From Basidiobolus meristosporus CBS 931.73 (Eukaryota; Fungi; Basidiobolomycota), in NCBI GenBank assembly GCA_002104905.1, contig MCFE01000293.1, positions 1-64,000 on the forward strand: 64,000 nt of DNA. The letters are read 5' to 3'. A program made the translations under genes and the position numbers. Each line of letters opens with the position of its first letter. The stretch's first letter is position 1. The notes below the pieces were generated by a model. It had not been told where the DNA came from. It did no database searches and saw only the letters and a list, made by a program, of their open reading frames with translations. Positions 47,601 to 60,537 of the stretch are shown here, one piece after another.

Positions 47601-49367
47601 TGGGTCTTCAAGACAAAATACAAGGTTGATGGTACAACTGAAAGATACAAAGCAAGACTTGTGGCCCATGGATACTCTCAAACACAAGGACTTGACTATA
47701 CTGAGACCTATGCACCAGTAGCCAAGTTTAATTCCATCAGATTAATATTGGCTATTGCAGCCTAATATAAGTTTTTTATTCATCAAATGGATGTAAAAGC
47801 TGCATTTTTGAATGAAGAACTTGATGAGCACGTGTATATGAACCAGCCTGATGGGTGTGTTGATCAAGATAACCCCCATTTGGTCTGCAAGCTTAAAAAG
47901 TTGCTATATGGTCTCAAACAATCACCAAGAGCCTGGAATTGCAAGATAGACTCTTATTTGGAATCTTTGAGTTTCAAAAGGAGCAATGCTGACTATAGTA
48001 TAAACTATAAGCCAGATAGAGCAAGTCCAGTTCTATTAGCTCTATATGTGGATGATCTTATTATAGCCACCAATAACCTAGCAACATTGGAAGAGACTAA
48101 ATACAGCCTATCTAAGGAGTTCAAGATGTCCAATCCAGGGGAACTCAGTTATTACTTAGGGATTAAGTTCTCCATAGACAGAAGTACCTAGACTATTACC
48201 CTAAGCCAATCCAAGTATATTCAAGATATACTAAAGAAGTACCAAATGGAATGCTGTAAACTGGCAGCTACCCCAATGGAGACAAACCTTAACTTGGTCA
48301 AAACTCAACCAAATCAAGAAAGCTTGGTGTCATCTGAAAGCCCTGACTTTCCCTATCAATCTATGGTTGGCAGTCTAATGTATATCATGCTTGGAACATG
48401 TCCAGATATCTCATATTCAGTGGGAGTTGTCAGCCAACATAATCAGAACTATGGATCTGATCATAATGCAGCAGTTAAGCGGATTTTTAGATACCTAAAA
48501 GGAACTGCTGATGTCTGCTTAAGATACACTTATAAGAATTCAGAACAAGATCTTGTTAGATACTCTGACGCTGATTGGGGGCAAAATTTGGAAGACCAAA
48601 GATCTACCACAGGATACACCTTTATTTACTGCAAAGGAGCAATTTCATGGAATTCAAGAAAAGCAAACAACTGTAGCACATTGTACCACAGAGGCAGAGT
48701 ATATGGCAGCCTGTGAAGCTACAAAAGAAGCAATGTGGCTAAGAAAGCTTTTTACAGATTTAGGCCTATGTCAAAAAACGCCTATTACTTTATTTCAAGA
48801 TAATTAAGGTGTATACAATTGGGTAGAAATCCAACTTTTCATGCTAAAACCAAGCACATAGATATTAGACATCATTTCATACATGAAGCTATAGAGAATA
48901 ACTTAGTTTGCTTAGCTTACTGTCCTACAGATGAAATGATTGCTGACATATTTACCAAACCATTAGCTAGAGACAAGTTTGAATATCTTAGGCCAAAATT
49001 AGGACTAGTCAGTATGAGCATTTAGCTGAGTGGGAGTGTTGTAAAAACTTGTAATTCCACCTAAATACTCACCAAACTTAGTCGCTTAGATCATTGCCCT
49101 CAAATCCTAGAGAATACAGACCAAACTCCTTGTCAGGATTTACTCAGAATATTTACCCATAACATGAAAGTTAGATAAGTGGTCCAAACAGCCCCAAACT
49201 TTGCACACATGTTCTTGGGACCTTCCTTAACCTATTCTACATGCTTGTTATGCTAAGACCATGTAAAGTATAAATACTACTTTTACATTCAATAAATCAT
49301 CAAGTGAAAACCACATAACCTACTTGTCCTCCCAATCACTTCCAATATCTCCAAGACTCTTACAACA
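44700..49367 (+). mobile_element. Full-length Ty1/copia retrotransposon (degenerate)
   Basis: LTRs 44700-45049 and 49037-49367 (TGTTG...CAACA), perfect TSD CTTGG, PBS GGTAATGAGCCC at 45050-45061 and PPT GAGTGGGAG at 49028-49036. Confidence 0.97.
45054..49025 (+). pseudogene. Copia gag-pol (gag, zinc knuckle, protease, integrase, RT, RNaseH) with stops and frameshifts
   Basis: LDGSNYQVWK, CNYCKRKGH..DRC, WYIDSGASQH, WHRRFGH, HSDLCGP..FIDDYTRY, YKARLVAHGYSQ, LYVDD, YSDADWG and TKHIDIRHHFI, in copia order (IN before RT). Confidence 0.95.
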
Positions 49368-49559
49368 CTTGGTACAAGTGGAACATTGTCATGGAGCTGA
49401 CTGAATATGAACAAGACAGCATCCTGATACCAGCATGTACTAACATTTGCACGACATTGACATCAGAAAATGCCACCATTGCAAGGTGTCCAACTAGTCA
49501 GGAATCCTCCACCTCAAGACTGAAACGTTTTTCATACACCAGATATAATTGAGTAGTAC

Positions 49560-50256
49560 TGTTGTATCCAAGAGAAAGTGTAATAAAACTCTTGAATGGT
49601 TTAACTGAACCAAAGGGACAATTAAGTGCAGAATCTTAGAATTGTCAGAGAGTGGCAGAAATATTAGCAGAAAGATTCTGATTTAATATTGGTCTTGGAT
49701 ATAGCTGGGTTGGCTATAAAGACAATGATATTTGTTTGCTAGGCAGGCTAGGCTTGGTGTTCTTTGGAGTGCTAGATATACTAGGCTTGGATAGAAGCTA
49801 GAACAGAATTGTTGGATTCTTATTTTTGCTGAGACAGAATCTTAATTTTGTTGAGACACACACTAAACCAAAAGGTTCAGTAAACTTTATTGATACTTTT
49901 CTGATCAAGTTGAATTAGTAAGCGCCAAGGGACTGGATTGATTGAAATCAATTTGGGTGTTCATAGGTGCATAAGATAAATGAAAATTACATCATCAATC
50001 AACTGATGTTTTGGCAACTGCACAGTGGTTGGATAGATCTCAGATGACTAATCACCTGGGAAGGCTTGGCAGACAGGTTGATAATGTAATGACCATTTGA
50101 AAATAGATCAGGTGTGATAGCTAAAAATAGATTCTGAGGTGGGATAAAATAAACTGTAACTGGGATTTGTTATGTTTGGGTTAGGGAAAATCAGTTAGGG
50201 TACTAGATTTTCAAACAGAGTAAAATTGGCTAAGTTTTAAATGTTGATGCACAACA
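49560..50256 (+). mobile_element. Solo LTR family 4 (697 bp)
   Basis: TGTTGT...ACAACA with a perfect 5-bp TSD AGTAC (49555-49559, 50257-50261); orientation is nominal. Confidence 0.9.
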
Positions 50257-50659
50257 AGTACACCATCTAAAGAAGCTCATGCAGTCCAACAAATATTGTG
50301 AAGCATTAGAGTACCACATTCAGAATACACCAAGTGCATATATTTCCAATATATCAATTGCCAAAGTTACAAGTTACTAAGCAGCAAAAGCTACTTTGAA
50401 GGTATGTATGACTATGCCTTTATCTTGATACTTGACGGATTTTCACAGAAAAAGTACTCTACCAGCAAATCCTGCTGACCACCAATTCTTGTCAACCTAA
50501 ATCTGCCACCTATTATATAGTATCAGAGTAGAAGTTTGATGGTAGTCTCACTGATATCTGGGCCTAAATCATTGTCCAACCTAAATAGCTACTTGTATCC
50601 ATTGTGGGATGAATTTTGTATGCTTTCCTATGGGATAGTAGTAAATGACTATCATAACC

Positions 50660-53600
50660 TGTTGCAATTTAAGATATGATTAGGATACATGAAACTCACA
50701 AGAAGTAGTGATAATAGTTAAACTGTTGCTTATTCATAAAGAAGCTCAGTATTTATACCCTTGTAGGAGTAATACTACTATAACAACAAATAAGCAGAGC
50801 TTCTCAAAACTCAGGGGTATTCTGTATAGTATCAAGGTTAGTATATACTGTTTGAAAAAAGTGCTAATTTGATCTTGACTATAGGGGAATAATCATAGGA
50901 TCATATATCTGAAGAAAGTGGCAAAGTTAGGGCTGTAGGTTAGTCATTCAGTGACCAAGACTAGTCCAAAATTGCAAGTAAATCTTAGCTGCTGAATGAT
51001 ATCAAATGGTCCAATATTTCAACACTCCCCCTCAACTAAATAATATCTTAATCCTAATACTTTTCTGAGATTCTCAAATTGTGGCCTAGCCAGTGGCTTT
51101 GTCAATATATATGCCACCATTTTGTTAGTTGGGCAGTACACTAACTCCACTAAGTTATTTTCTACAGCTTCCCTCACAAAGTGATGCTGTATATCTTTGT
51201 GCTTAGCTCTGGCATAATTAGTAGAATTTCTAGCTAGTGAAATACAACTTTGATTATCCTTGTATAAACATGTTGATTCATATGAATTAGAACCTAAGTC
51301 TTGGAGTAATTATTGTCACCATATAGCCTCCTTAGTTGCTTGACAAGCAGCCATATAATCAGCTTCAGTTGTAGATAGGGCCACAGTTGGTTGTTTGTTG
51401 CAATCCCAAGTAATAGCTGCACCAGCATAAAGAAATACATACCCAGTGGTAGAGCATCTGTCAATCAGATCCCTGTTGCAATCTGCATCACTATAACCAT
51501 CAAAACTTTGCCTATTAGCTGCTCCAGAGTATTCCAGTACCATATTTATGGTACCTTGTAGATATCTGAATATCTGCTTAACTGCTGTAATTTGATCTGA
51601 TCCATAGTTTTGCATGAATTGACTGACTATTCCAGCTGCCACTGCATATCTAGATGTGTAGACACCATCAAGTACATCAGGCTACCAACCATTGATTGAT
51701 AGGTATGGTTTTGTCAGTATTTCAGCCATTTTAGAACTGGCTGAGATTTGCTTGATTTCAGGTTATTGTTGATGGAGGAAGCTACAGGCTTGCAATTTTT
51801 CATTTTGAAGCATCTAGCAAAGTCTTTGCTGTACTTGGACTGATTCAGCACAATATTCTGTGTAGGTATGGCAAAATTGACTTCAATTCCTAGAGAATAG
51901 CTTAACTTCCCAGATCTTTCATCTCAATCTTTCTGAAGGGATCTGATTTTGTCTATTTAAGTGCCTCCTGGTCACTTGTAGCTATTATTAAGTTGTCCAC
52001 ATAAAGAAATAGGATTCTCACACCATTCTTAAGCTGTTTCACTTATATACTGTGATGTGCAGTGCTATCAGTGGGCCCAATCCCATCTAGATATGTGTCA
52101 ATCATGTTTTACCATGCTCTAGGTGCCTGCTTAACCCCATACAGCAATGTCCTAAGCCTGCACACCTTATGGGGGCCTTTTAGATTAGTAAAACCTTCTG
52201 GTTGCTCCATATATACAGTTTCTTGCAGATCCCCATTCAGAAAGGCTGTTTCAACATCCTTTTGGTGTAGATCTAGACTGTGTACAGCTGCCAGGGCTGA
52301 AACTGTACAAATGGAGTTAGACTTGGCAACCAGAGCAAAAGATTCCTTAAAGTCCAGTCCCTGAATCTGGGAATGGCCTTTAGCCACAAATCTAGCCTTG
52401 TGTATCTCTGGCTTTCTCTCATTTAACAAATCTACCAGTTTCCACATTTTTGCCCTGATCAGTGTTTGGTACTCCTCCTGCATGGCTTGTTGCCATATTG
52501 TAACATCTGGACTTTCATTGCCTGTTCCAGATTCTGAAGATTGGCACATAAGGCAAGATATCCTTCTTCATGATCATTGGATGCCAGCCACCAGGATCCA
52601 GGCACATTTGTTATTCTGGTGGATCCCCTAACTGGGAATATATGCTCTGATCTGGAACTGGTAGAATTATCTTCTGTATCTGTCTGAACTAGCTGTGTTT
52701 CTTGTTCTTAGTGTTGATTACATCATCAGGCAGCTGGCCAATGATTTCAATTGCTTTCTGTTCTTAATTCTCCTTAAACACAACATCCCTACTCTTGATC
52801 AGCTCCTGAATCTTACAGTCCTACACTGTATACCCTTTAGTATCCTCGCAATACCCAAGAAATGTCCCTTTTCTACTCTTTGGCTCCAACTTTGAGTGTT
52901 TTCTGTGAGGTATGTGAAACAAAACATCATTGCCAAAGATCCTGAAGGTCTTGCTTTTTGCCTGTACAAGCTACTAAGGGCATAGAGTTATGTAGTGCTG
53001 TTGTTGGACATCAATTCTTGGTGTATGCAGCAGTAGCACCAGATTCAGCCCAGAGTTTGTAGTCCATTCCCTTATCATGTAACATAGACCTTTCATCTCT
53101 AATACTGCTCTATATGCACGTTCTGCTACTCAATTTTGCTGTGGAGTATGTGGAACTGTGGTCTGTTGAAGTATACCAGTATATAAGCAGTATTTTGCAA
53201 ACTCCTTTGAGCAGTATTCCCCTCTAGTGTCACCTTGAAGTGTATTCAATTTACACCCAGTTTATGTTTCTGCCATGTTCTTGAAGTGCCTAAGCATGTC
53301 TAAAGCCACATCCTTTGTCTTGAGGAAGTATACCCATGTATATCTTGACTTGTCATCAATAAATGTAATAGAGTATCTCTTGGCTACAAAGGACAGTGTT
53401 CTCATGGGCCCATATATGTCTGAGTGCACAATAGCCAGTATTTTGGTGGTGTTAATGCCTCCTTGGTTCCTGCAATGTTGCCTAGGTTGTTTGTCATATA
53501 AACAACCCTTACAGACATTAATTTAGATTGGAATTGAGGAGTTTAGGCCCAAAACAAGCTGATTTTTCACCAATTGGCTCATTTTCTGCTCCCCAATGTT

Positions 53601-55265
53601 CACTGGCCTCCTAAGCCATGTCTCCCAGTTAGTGTCATCAGTTTCAGCAATGATAACATACTCAGGTAAAATGATCTTGCATTTAGACTTGTATACATTG
53701 AAATCTCTGATTCCCAAAGCTAATTTTTGTCCACTTTCACTCAATTTTACTCAGTGCAGCTTAGTGAAAACATATTACAGTCTTTGAGTAGTTGCTTTGC
53801 TGACTGAGAATAGTTTCTTAGCTATTCCTGGTATATAGTGAATGTCAGTCAGTTTGGTATTGTTTCCCCTGGGATATCAATCATATTCAACTGTATAGAC
53901 CCACTGGTGGTAGCTTCCAGTGCAGAGTTGTCTCCCAAATAAACCTTTCTTGCGTGAATAGTCTTCAAGTTGCTGAACCACTCCTTTATTCCACAAATAT
54001 GCTGTGATGCTCCAGAGTCAATTTACCATTCATTGCACTGGTTACTTGCACCCTCTAGTATAGTTACAAGTAACTATTCATCAGCAGTTATATGGTTTGC
54101 CTGCTCTAGTTTCTGTTTTAGTCTGTATGTTTCTTCTTGCATTGTCTTACCCAGTGTCCTGGCTTCATACAGTAGCTACAGCAACCAGGTTTTGTTTGCT
54201 TTTGTAGCTCTCCCTTCTTTTCTGTATGGCTTATGAGCTGAATAAGCCACTATCTGCAAGTTTCTCTGCTTGATCATTATATCTGAGTTCTTCATGGAGA
54301 AGTCTTCCTTTGGCATAGTTCAAAGTCATATTGCCTTCTCTGCTTTCCAAAGAAAGTATGAGTGGCTCATTTGTCAAGTAAACTGCAAAGCAGATACAGT
54401 ATTTTTTCTTCATCATCTACACTGGCATTAATACTCTATAGTTCTTCTGCAAGTGTCTCCATCTGGGTAATGAGTTGTAGCATGCCTTCATTGAGCTTCT
54501 CCCTCATGTTGAAGAGCTTTTGACTTAAATAAAGCTTGCCCAATACTGACTTTGCTCCAAAGATCTTCTTCAAGGATTCCCATGCTGCTTTGGCAGTATT
54601 TTAAGCATGAATTTGTCCATTGAAGGAATCTTTCACATTGATGCATGTGGCTTTAAAAGCTTTTCTGTTCTTCTATTCACACTTGGCCACTCCTTGAATT
54701 GTTTCTTTGGGCTCAACTTCTATTCCTGTTACTATATTCCTAAGCTTTTTTTCTTCAAGGTGGATCTGCATCTTAGTTCTCCCAAGTCTGTAGTACTTCC
54801 CATCAAATGTCTGCTTTAGAGGAAAGATGTATGTATTGATTGGTTTGCTGGTAGATGTCATCCTTTGAATAGATTAAGGCAATCAAGGCTTATAACCTGC
54901 TGCAATTTAAGAGGTGATTTGGATTTAAGGAACCTATCAGGAAATAGAGAACATAGTTGAACTGTTATTTGTACATAAAGAAGCTCAGTGCTAATACCAT
55001 TGTAGAAGTAGTAAAACTGTAACACTTAGTAAGGAGAGCTTTCCTGCACTCAGGAGCATTTTGTAACAGTTTCAGGGTTAGGACACCATGTTTGGTAAAA
55101 GTGCTAATTAGATCTTGACTATGAGGCACTAATCTTAGGATCTTAGATCTAAAGAAAGTGGCAAAGTTAGGGTTGTAGGTTAGTCCTACAATGACCCAGA
55201 CTAGTCAGGAATTGTTGAGTAAGTTTTTAGCTGCTGAATGATACCAAGTACCTCACCTTTCTACA
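50660..55265 (-). mobile_element. Full-length Ty1/copia retrotransposon, family 2, heavily decayed
   Basis: LTRs 50660-51024 and 54898-55265. PPT AGGGGGAG on - (51025-51032), PBS-like GGTTATAAGCC on - next to 54897. Fragments HKARFVAKGHSQ, DVETAFLNGDL, YSDADC and STTEADYMAA on -. Confidence 0.9.
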
Positions 55266-56401
55266 ATCATAGCGTGCATTATTATCTACATTGGAGATAT
55301 CCTGGCCATCTGCAAGATAGCTGGCTTTTTTGGGCACAATCAATGGTGTTGCTGTTGGATGTGTAAGATCCAGGAGATCTACTCCATAGCTCATGCCCAC
55401 TACTAATATCTAAACATCAATGCTGAGAACATCATCCTCCCACGGAGAGAACATACAGAAGTCAGCATGCAAAGCTAGCAAGCTGTAAGTCATTAGCCAG
55501 AATATGAAAACAATTGAAAACCAGAGATACTTAAGATAGAAGTTACCTCTTGGAGCAAAAGCTTTCCACTGGGGGCAAGGCACTGGCTTTTCAGCAATAT
55601 CCCTATACTATTGTACAAGTTATACAATGGACATTTCACGCTATATGAGCCTGCTGTAATGCCAGATAAATTTGAAAGAATTGGCAAGATATTACAGAAT
55701 ATTTGCCGCCCAAAGCACTTCTCACTGGCTCCAGTAAATATTCATAAGCATATGGGACAATACAAATACAAGGACTTGCTAAACTGGATATGAGTGTAAT
55801 TAAGTGGTCCTCAGAGGCCATTTTTACCAAGAGTACATTGCAAGCATTGGGAGTGATATGCTGACATTGTGGGAATGTTTAGCCAGGGGTGGATCACCAA
55901 TGCCAGCTTGATGCATCTACAGTTTTTATTCAAGAGTTTGTGACAGGATTTGAGCAGCTATACAACAAGCATAATGCTGAGCATGTAGATCTCTGCCACT
56001 ACTCTATCCATTCTCTTCTCATATGTGCTTGGTGTGTGGGAAATATCAGATCTTGTGTCACCTTTGAGAGTTTACATTAGAGCAGATGTGTAGGGATATT
56101 CAAAGACAAGTCAAGTTGCAGGTACAACCATATCCCAATCTCATCAAGAATATTACCTTCAAGTTGGTCATGGATGTGAAAAGTTGGCACATTGCGGACA
56201 GCCAGAAAGAGTTGGAATATACTGAGGACAGATGTGCATATGGTGACAATTTTGCCTTTATCATCAAGAACCTAAGCAGCCCCACTGCAGGGGTAATCAG
56301 ATAAGTAAAGTAAAGTTGGACTGGGTGCAACAAGCAAATAATTTTTAATACAATAGAATTATCAAGGCATGCTGGGTTTCTCTTGGTCACAACCCAGCTT
56401 C

Positions 56402-56770
56402 TGCAGAAGTATGGGACTATTTGGTCTCATTCAGCAGCTAAAAGCTTACTTAACAATTCTGGACTAGTAATGGTCACTGTAGGAATAATCTACAGTCCTA
56501 AATTTATCACTTTCTTTAGATATGTGATCATGTGATTATTTCCCTATAGTCAAGATCAAATTAGCACTGTTTTCAAACATTTTATACTAACCCTGAAACT
56601 GTTAAAGAATGCTCCTGAGTACTGAGAAGCTCTCCTTAGTTAGTGTTACAGCTGTATTACTTCTACAAAGGTATATATACTGAGCTTCTTTATGGATAAA
56701 TAACAGTACAACTAGTATCACTATTCCTTGATAAGTTGCTTATATCCAAATCACATCTTAAATTGCAACA
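56402..56770 (+). mobile_element. Solo copia LTR family 2
   Basis: Reverse complement of 54898-55265; flanks GCTTC/GTTTC. Removal restores CACTA sequence matching copy 1 near 410-440. Confidence 0.85.
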
Positions 56771-58065
56771 GTTTCCACACCACTCAAAAGAGAATTCACA
56801 CAAACAAGAGTCAGAGCACACTTATAAGGGGGACTAGAAGCTGGTGGGGAGAAAGAGTATATTGGAATAATAAGAGTCCTTTTGCATATATTCAGGAGGT
56901 ATTCATAGCAAATGTGGCGGCAACCAAGCATATACTTGCAAGATGTAGATGTTACCATCAATACAAGGTATATAGCAACTTTACAAGTATTGTATTAAAG
57001 AACCATTAGGTTTAGGCAATAGAAGTGTGTCAACTACATCAGGTGTGCATGTTGGTAGAGGTTAGTAAGCTGGAGGCCATAGTTCTTTAAGATTTGAGCT
57101 AAATGTGGAGCACCCAACTTAGTAGTGGGTGGCAAATAAAGTGGGGTGACTTGCGGTTATAATATCAATGGTGCTAGGGGAGGTATAAAATGGAAATACC
57201 ATTTGCTATATTGGTATAGTGGCCTTGTACTGAGCTAGCTGTAGGCAGCTGTACTGCTGTAACAATGCCAACAGAGGCTTGCTACAGGGCTGTCAGAACA
57301 CTGTCCAGTTTCTTGCCATATAGGCAATTGGATGTATTGGCTGGTTAAGTCTTCTCAAGTAAATGCATAATGCATCAAGATCATAAAAATGCCATGCAAA
57401 TCCTGCCAAATGCCCACTAAAACACTGACAAATCTTAAGCTTTATTTTGGCACTAAAATCAGCAAAATTATGGCACAATCATGTTATAAGATTGTGTAGA
57501 GGGTCAATAATCACAAGCTGCCAGCATTATGATGGACCTATTGCAGGATACTAATTGCTGATCCAGATTGGATCCACCTGTTGGAACAAACTGTTTCACA
57601 TAGGGTAAACCCTTTGAGAGATAATTGTGATGATCCTGTGAAAAGGCCTTTGCAAGATTTAAATCCTGTGGTTAATAGATATTAATGCCCTAAGGACACT
57701 GTGCAAAGACTGTTTAGAAAAATCACACCATAGATCTTGCAAAAAACTTAGTCAAAATTTTTCATCACAACAATATATAAGTGGATTTTGGTTGGTCCTC
57801 TAACAATTCTCTCACTTTCTGATCCTGAACACTCAATCACCCCCTACATTTGTATACATTGATAGGCTATTGTCTCTTCTTCACACTCACTACTTACTGA
57901 CTCAGACAAGTCACTTAGTGTTCATGCACACAAATTGGTTTGCTGCCTTTTGGTCTGCAGTTATGGCTCAACTTCCATTTGTTCTGACTTGCACAGGTCC
58001 CTATACCTAGCAATAACATTAAGCCCAACTCCACATGTAACAAGTAACTCCATTAGAATCCAACA

Positions 58066-59088
58066 TGTAGTATGTAATTTTGCCAGAACTCCCTTTTTCC
58101 ATGACTTTGGCAATTGCAACATTTTCTATCTGTCTATGCAATCATTACTATGTGACCTGGCAAACTATTTGTCACTATTAACCCATTGCACAAGCTATTC
58201 CTATTCCTTGCCAAGATGCCAAGATAAGATAGTTACCATATAAGGCAAGTACCCTCATCAGTGCCTATTTCATGTGACCATCCTGGTTTCATAACCCACC
58301 TATCCTACTGCCATATGAGGTAACTACATGGCACAGAGGTTTCATATTACCACTATCTGATTGGCTAGGTACTACTATGTCTCATGGAACAATCCACCAA
58401 AAATTTGAGCTATATTTAGTACACAATGACATGATTGGCTCTCTACTACATTCTGGAAACTTCCAGAAAGTATTTTCTAGTAAGAATCTGAGCAGCAAAA
58501 AAGTATATAATGCAGGCTATCCCTTACTCATAAATCATCCCTCTTCCAATATTCCAACTTATTGATTAATGAGATCACCACTGCATATTACTACTACTTT
58601 CTGACTCAGACCTGACAATACTCCCAGGAAACCACACTGACAGCAAATTGACCTTGGAGGCACTACTTGTGAGAAATACTCAGAGTAGGTATATTTTGTT
58701 ATATTAGATTGTTTTCCCAAGTTTGTTCTTGTACAGGCAAAGAGACTTTTCAGTCTTTGTAACTATTGGTCAAAGCGCATTCTTATCAAGTCCCTGCTGG
58801 TGGAGTCCACAATTGTCTTGACTTTGGAAGCTTTAGTGCACTGTCATCTCAAAAGATGTTGAAGCCATTATAAACTTTTGTTAAGATGCCAACTAAGTTG
58901 GGGATTGTAGCTCAATAGTTTTCCCTTGACAAGCTTGAGGCTTTATCCCCTTCACATTGGATTAGATAAAAGACCCAGTATTACAAGCAAGCTTTTGCCA
59001 GAGGTTATTGCACCCAGTGAACACCCCACACACAAAACACTTGAGAAGTGTTGGACATATCTCTCCCTTGGACTTATACACCACCACA
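58066..59088 (+). mobile_element. Family-G LTR, probably chimeric (left boundary uncertain)
   Basis: From ~58240 it aligns with 6640-7501 and ends CCACCACA at 59088. The 5-prime part differs from the 6432 copy. Confidence 0.7.
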
Positions 59089-60188
59089 CTGTTCAGAGAG
59101 TGTTAAAAAATAATTGTACCCCAGATTTCACCAAAAACTCAGTCAAAATTTTTTGTCACAACAATGTATAAGTGGATTTTGATTGGTTCCCTGCCAATTC
59201 AATCACTTTCTGATCTTGGACACTCTGTCACCGCCTACATTTGTGTTCATTGATTGGCTATTGCCTTTTTTTCATACTCCTTACTTCCTGACTCAGCCAT
59301 TTCTGTTACTTTTCATGCATACAAAGTGATTTATTTCCATTGAAACTTTAGTTGTACCTCAATTAACAATTGTATTGACCTATACAAGTCCCTATACCCT
59401 ACACCAACATTAAGCCCAACCCCACATTCAACCAGTAATTCCATTAAAATCCACCACTCAATAATTATTTCTGCTGTAAAGCTCTGGTTCCACAACTTTG
59501 GTGGGAACCCAACAGCTTTATGCCACTGTTTACTCACTGGTTCCCACATGTCCTGGTCTTTAGCTGGCACTACAGGGTCTAGCACCTCATCTGCCAGTCT
59601 TTGAAATAAGTCCCTGCAAACTCCAGTGTGTTTTCTTGAGCACTGCTCTTGAAGAAGTGCTGCAACCTAGTGGTGAGCCTATTAATGCTCCAAAACTCCA
59701 CTGAAGGCATTGTGATAGTTTTTTGAGCTCTTGACATTGTATCCTTGTCTGTCAGTGGGATCTACACTCTGTCAACAATGGAGGATGTGGAGGCTGAGGT
59801 AGACAAGTTACCTTTTTCAGCAAACTCATCTACCTTGCTGGAGTGTGGCTTAACTGGCTACACTTCCAACTCTTGTGAAAATAGCTGATTGCTTGTTAGT
59901 AATTCTTCTTGGCTATAATGGCATTCTGTCTGTTCCAGGCTTGCAGCATTAATTAGCAAGAACTGCAGTTCTTTTTGCATGCCACCCTGTCTCAGACTTG
60001 GGTAGACATCTTTCCCTTTCCCTTTTCCTTTATCACTGCCAGGTCATTCACTGCTACTTTGTCTGAGTGCTTCTTTTAATAAACTGCCTTTTTGCCTTAA
60101 TATACTTTGCTTGGACACATCTGTTTTGGCCTGCTTGTCCCTTGCTAGCACTCTTCTGGCAACCTGGTGTTTCTTTTCTGCTTGTTTC

Positions 60189-60537
60189 TGTTGTAAAAAT
60201 TTGTATTTCCACCTAAATATTCACCTAACTTAGTCACTTAGATCATCACCTTCAAATCCTAGAGAATACTGATCAAATTCCTTGTTGGGATTTACTTAGA
60301 ATATTTTCACCAAAATACCAGGTACCCAGAACATGAAAATTCTCATAGTTGTCCAAACAGCCCCAAACTTTGCAAACATGTTCTTGGGACCTTCCTTAAC
60401 CTATTCTATGTGTTTGTAATGCCAAGACCAGGTAAAAGTATAAATACTACTTTTACAATCAATAAATCATTAAGTGAAAACCACATAATCTACTTGGTCT
60501 CCCAGTCACTTCCAATATCTCCAAGACTCTTACAGCA
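60189..60537 (+). mobile_element. Solo copia LTR family 1 (349 bp)
   Basis: TGTTGTAAAA...CTTACAGCA with a perfect TSD GTTTC; very similar to 44700-45049. Confidence 0.92.

Larger units (their letters stand above)
44185..57605 (+). mobile_element. CMC/CACTA copy 2 (transposase on +, left-truncated), carrying five nested insertions
   Basis: Pieces 44185-44329, 44654-44699, 49368-49559, 50257-50655, 55266-56401 and 56771-57605 are in the same order as the reverse complement of copy 1, with a ~600 bp gap at the MITE (IILGCNSPC|TWYK, PHLKKLMQSNKYCEA, KIAGFFGHN). The terminus CACATAGGG ends at 57605. Confidence 0.85.
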
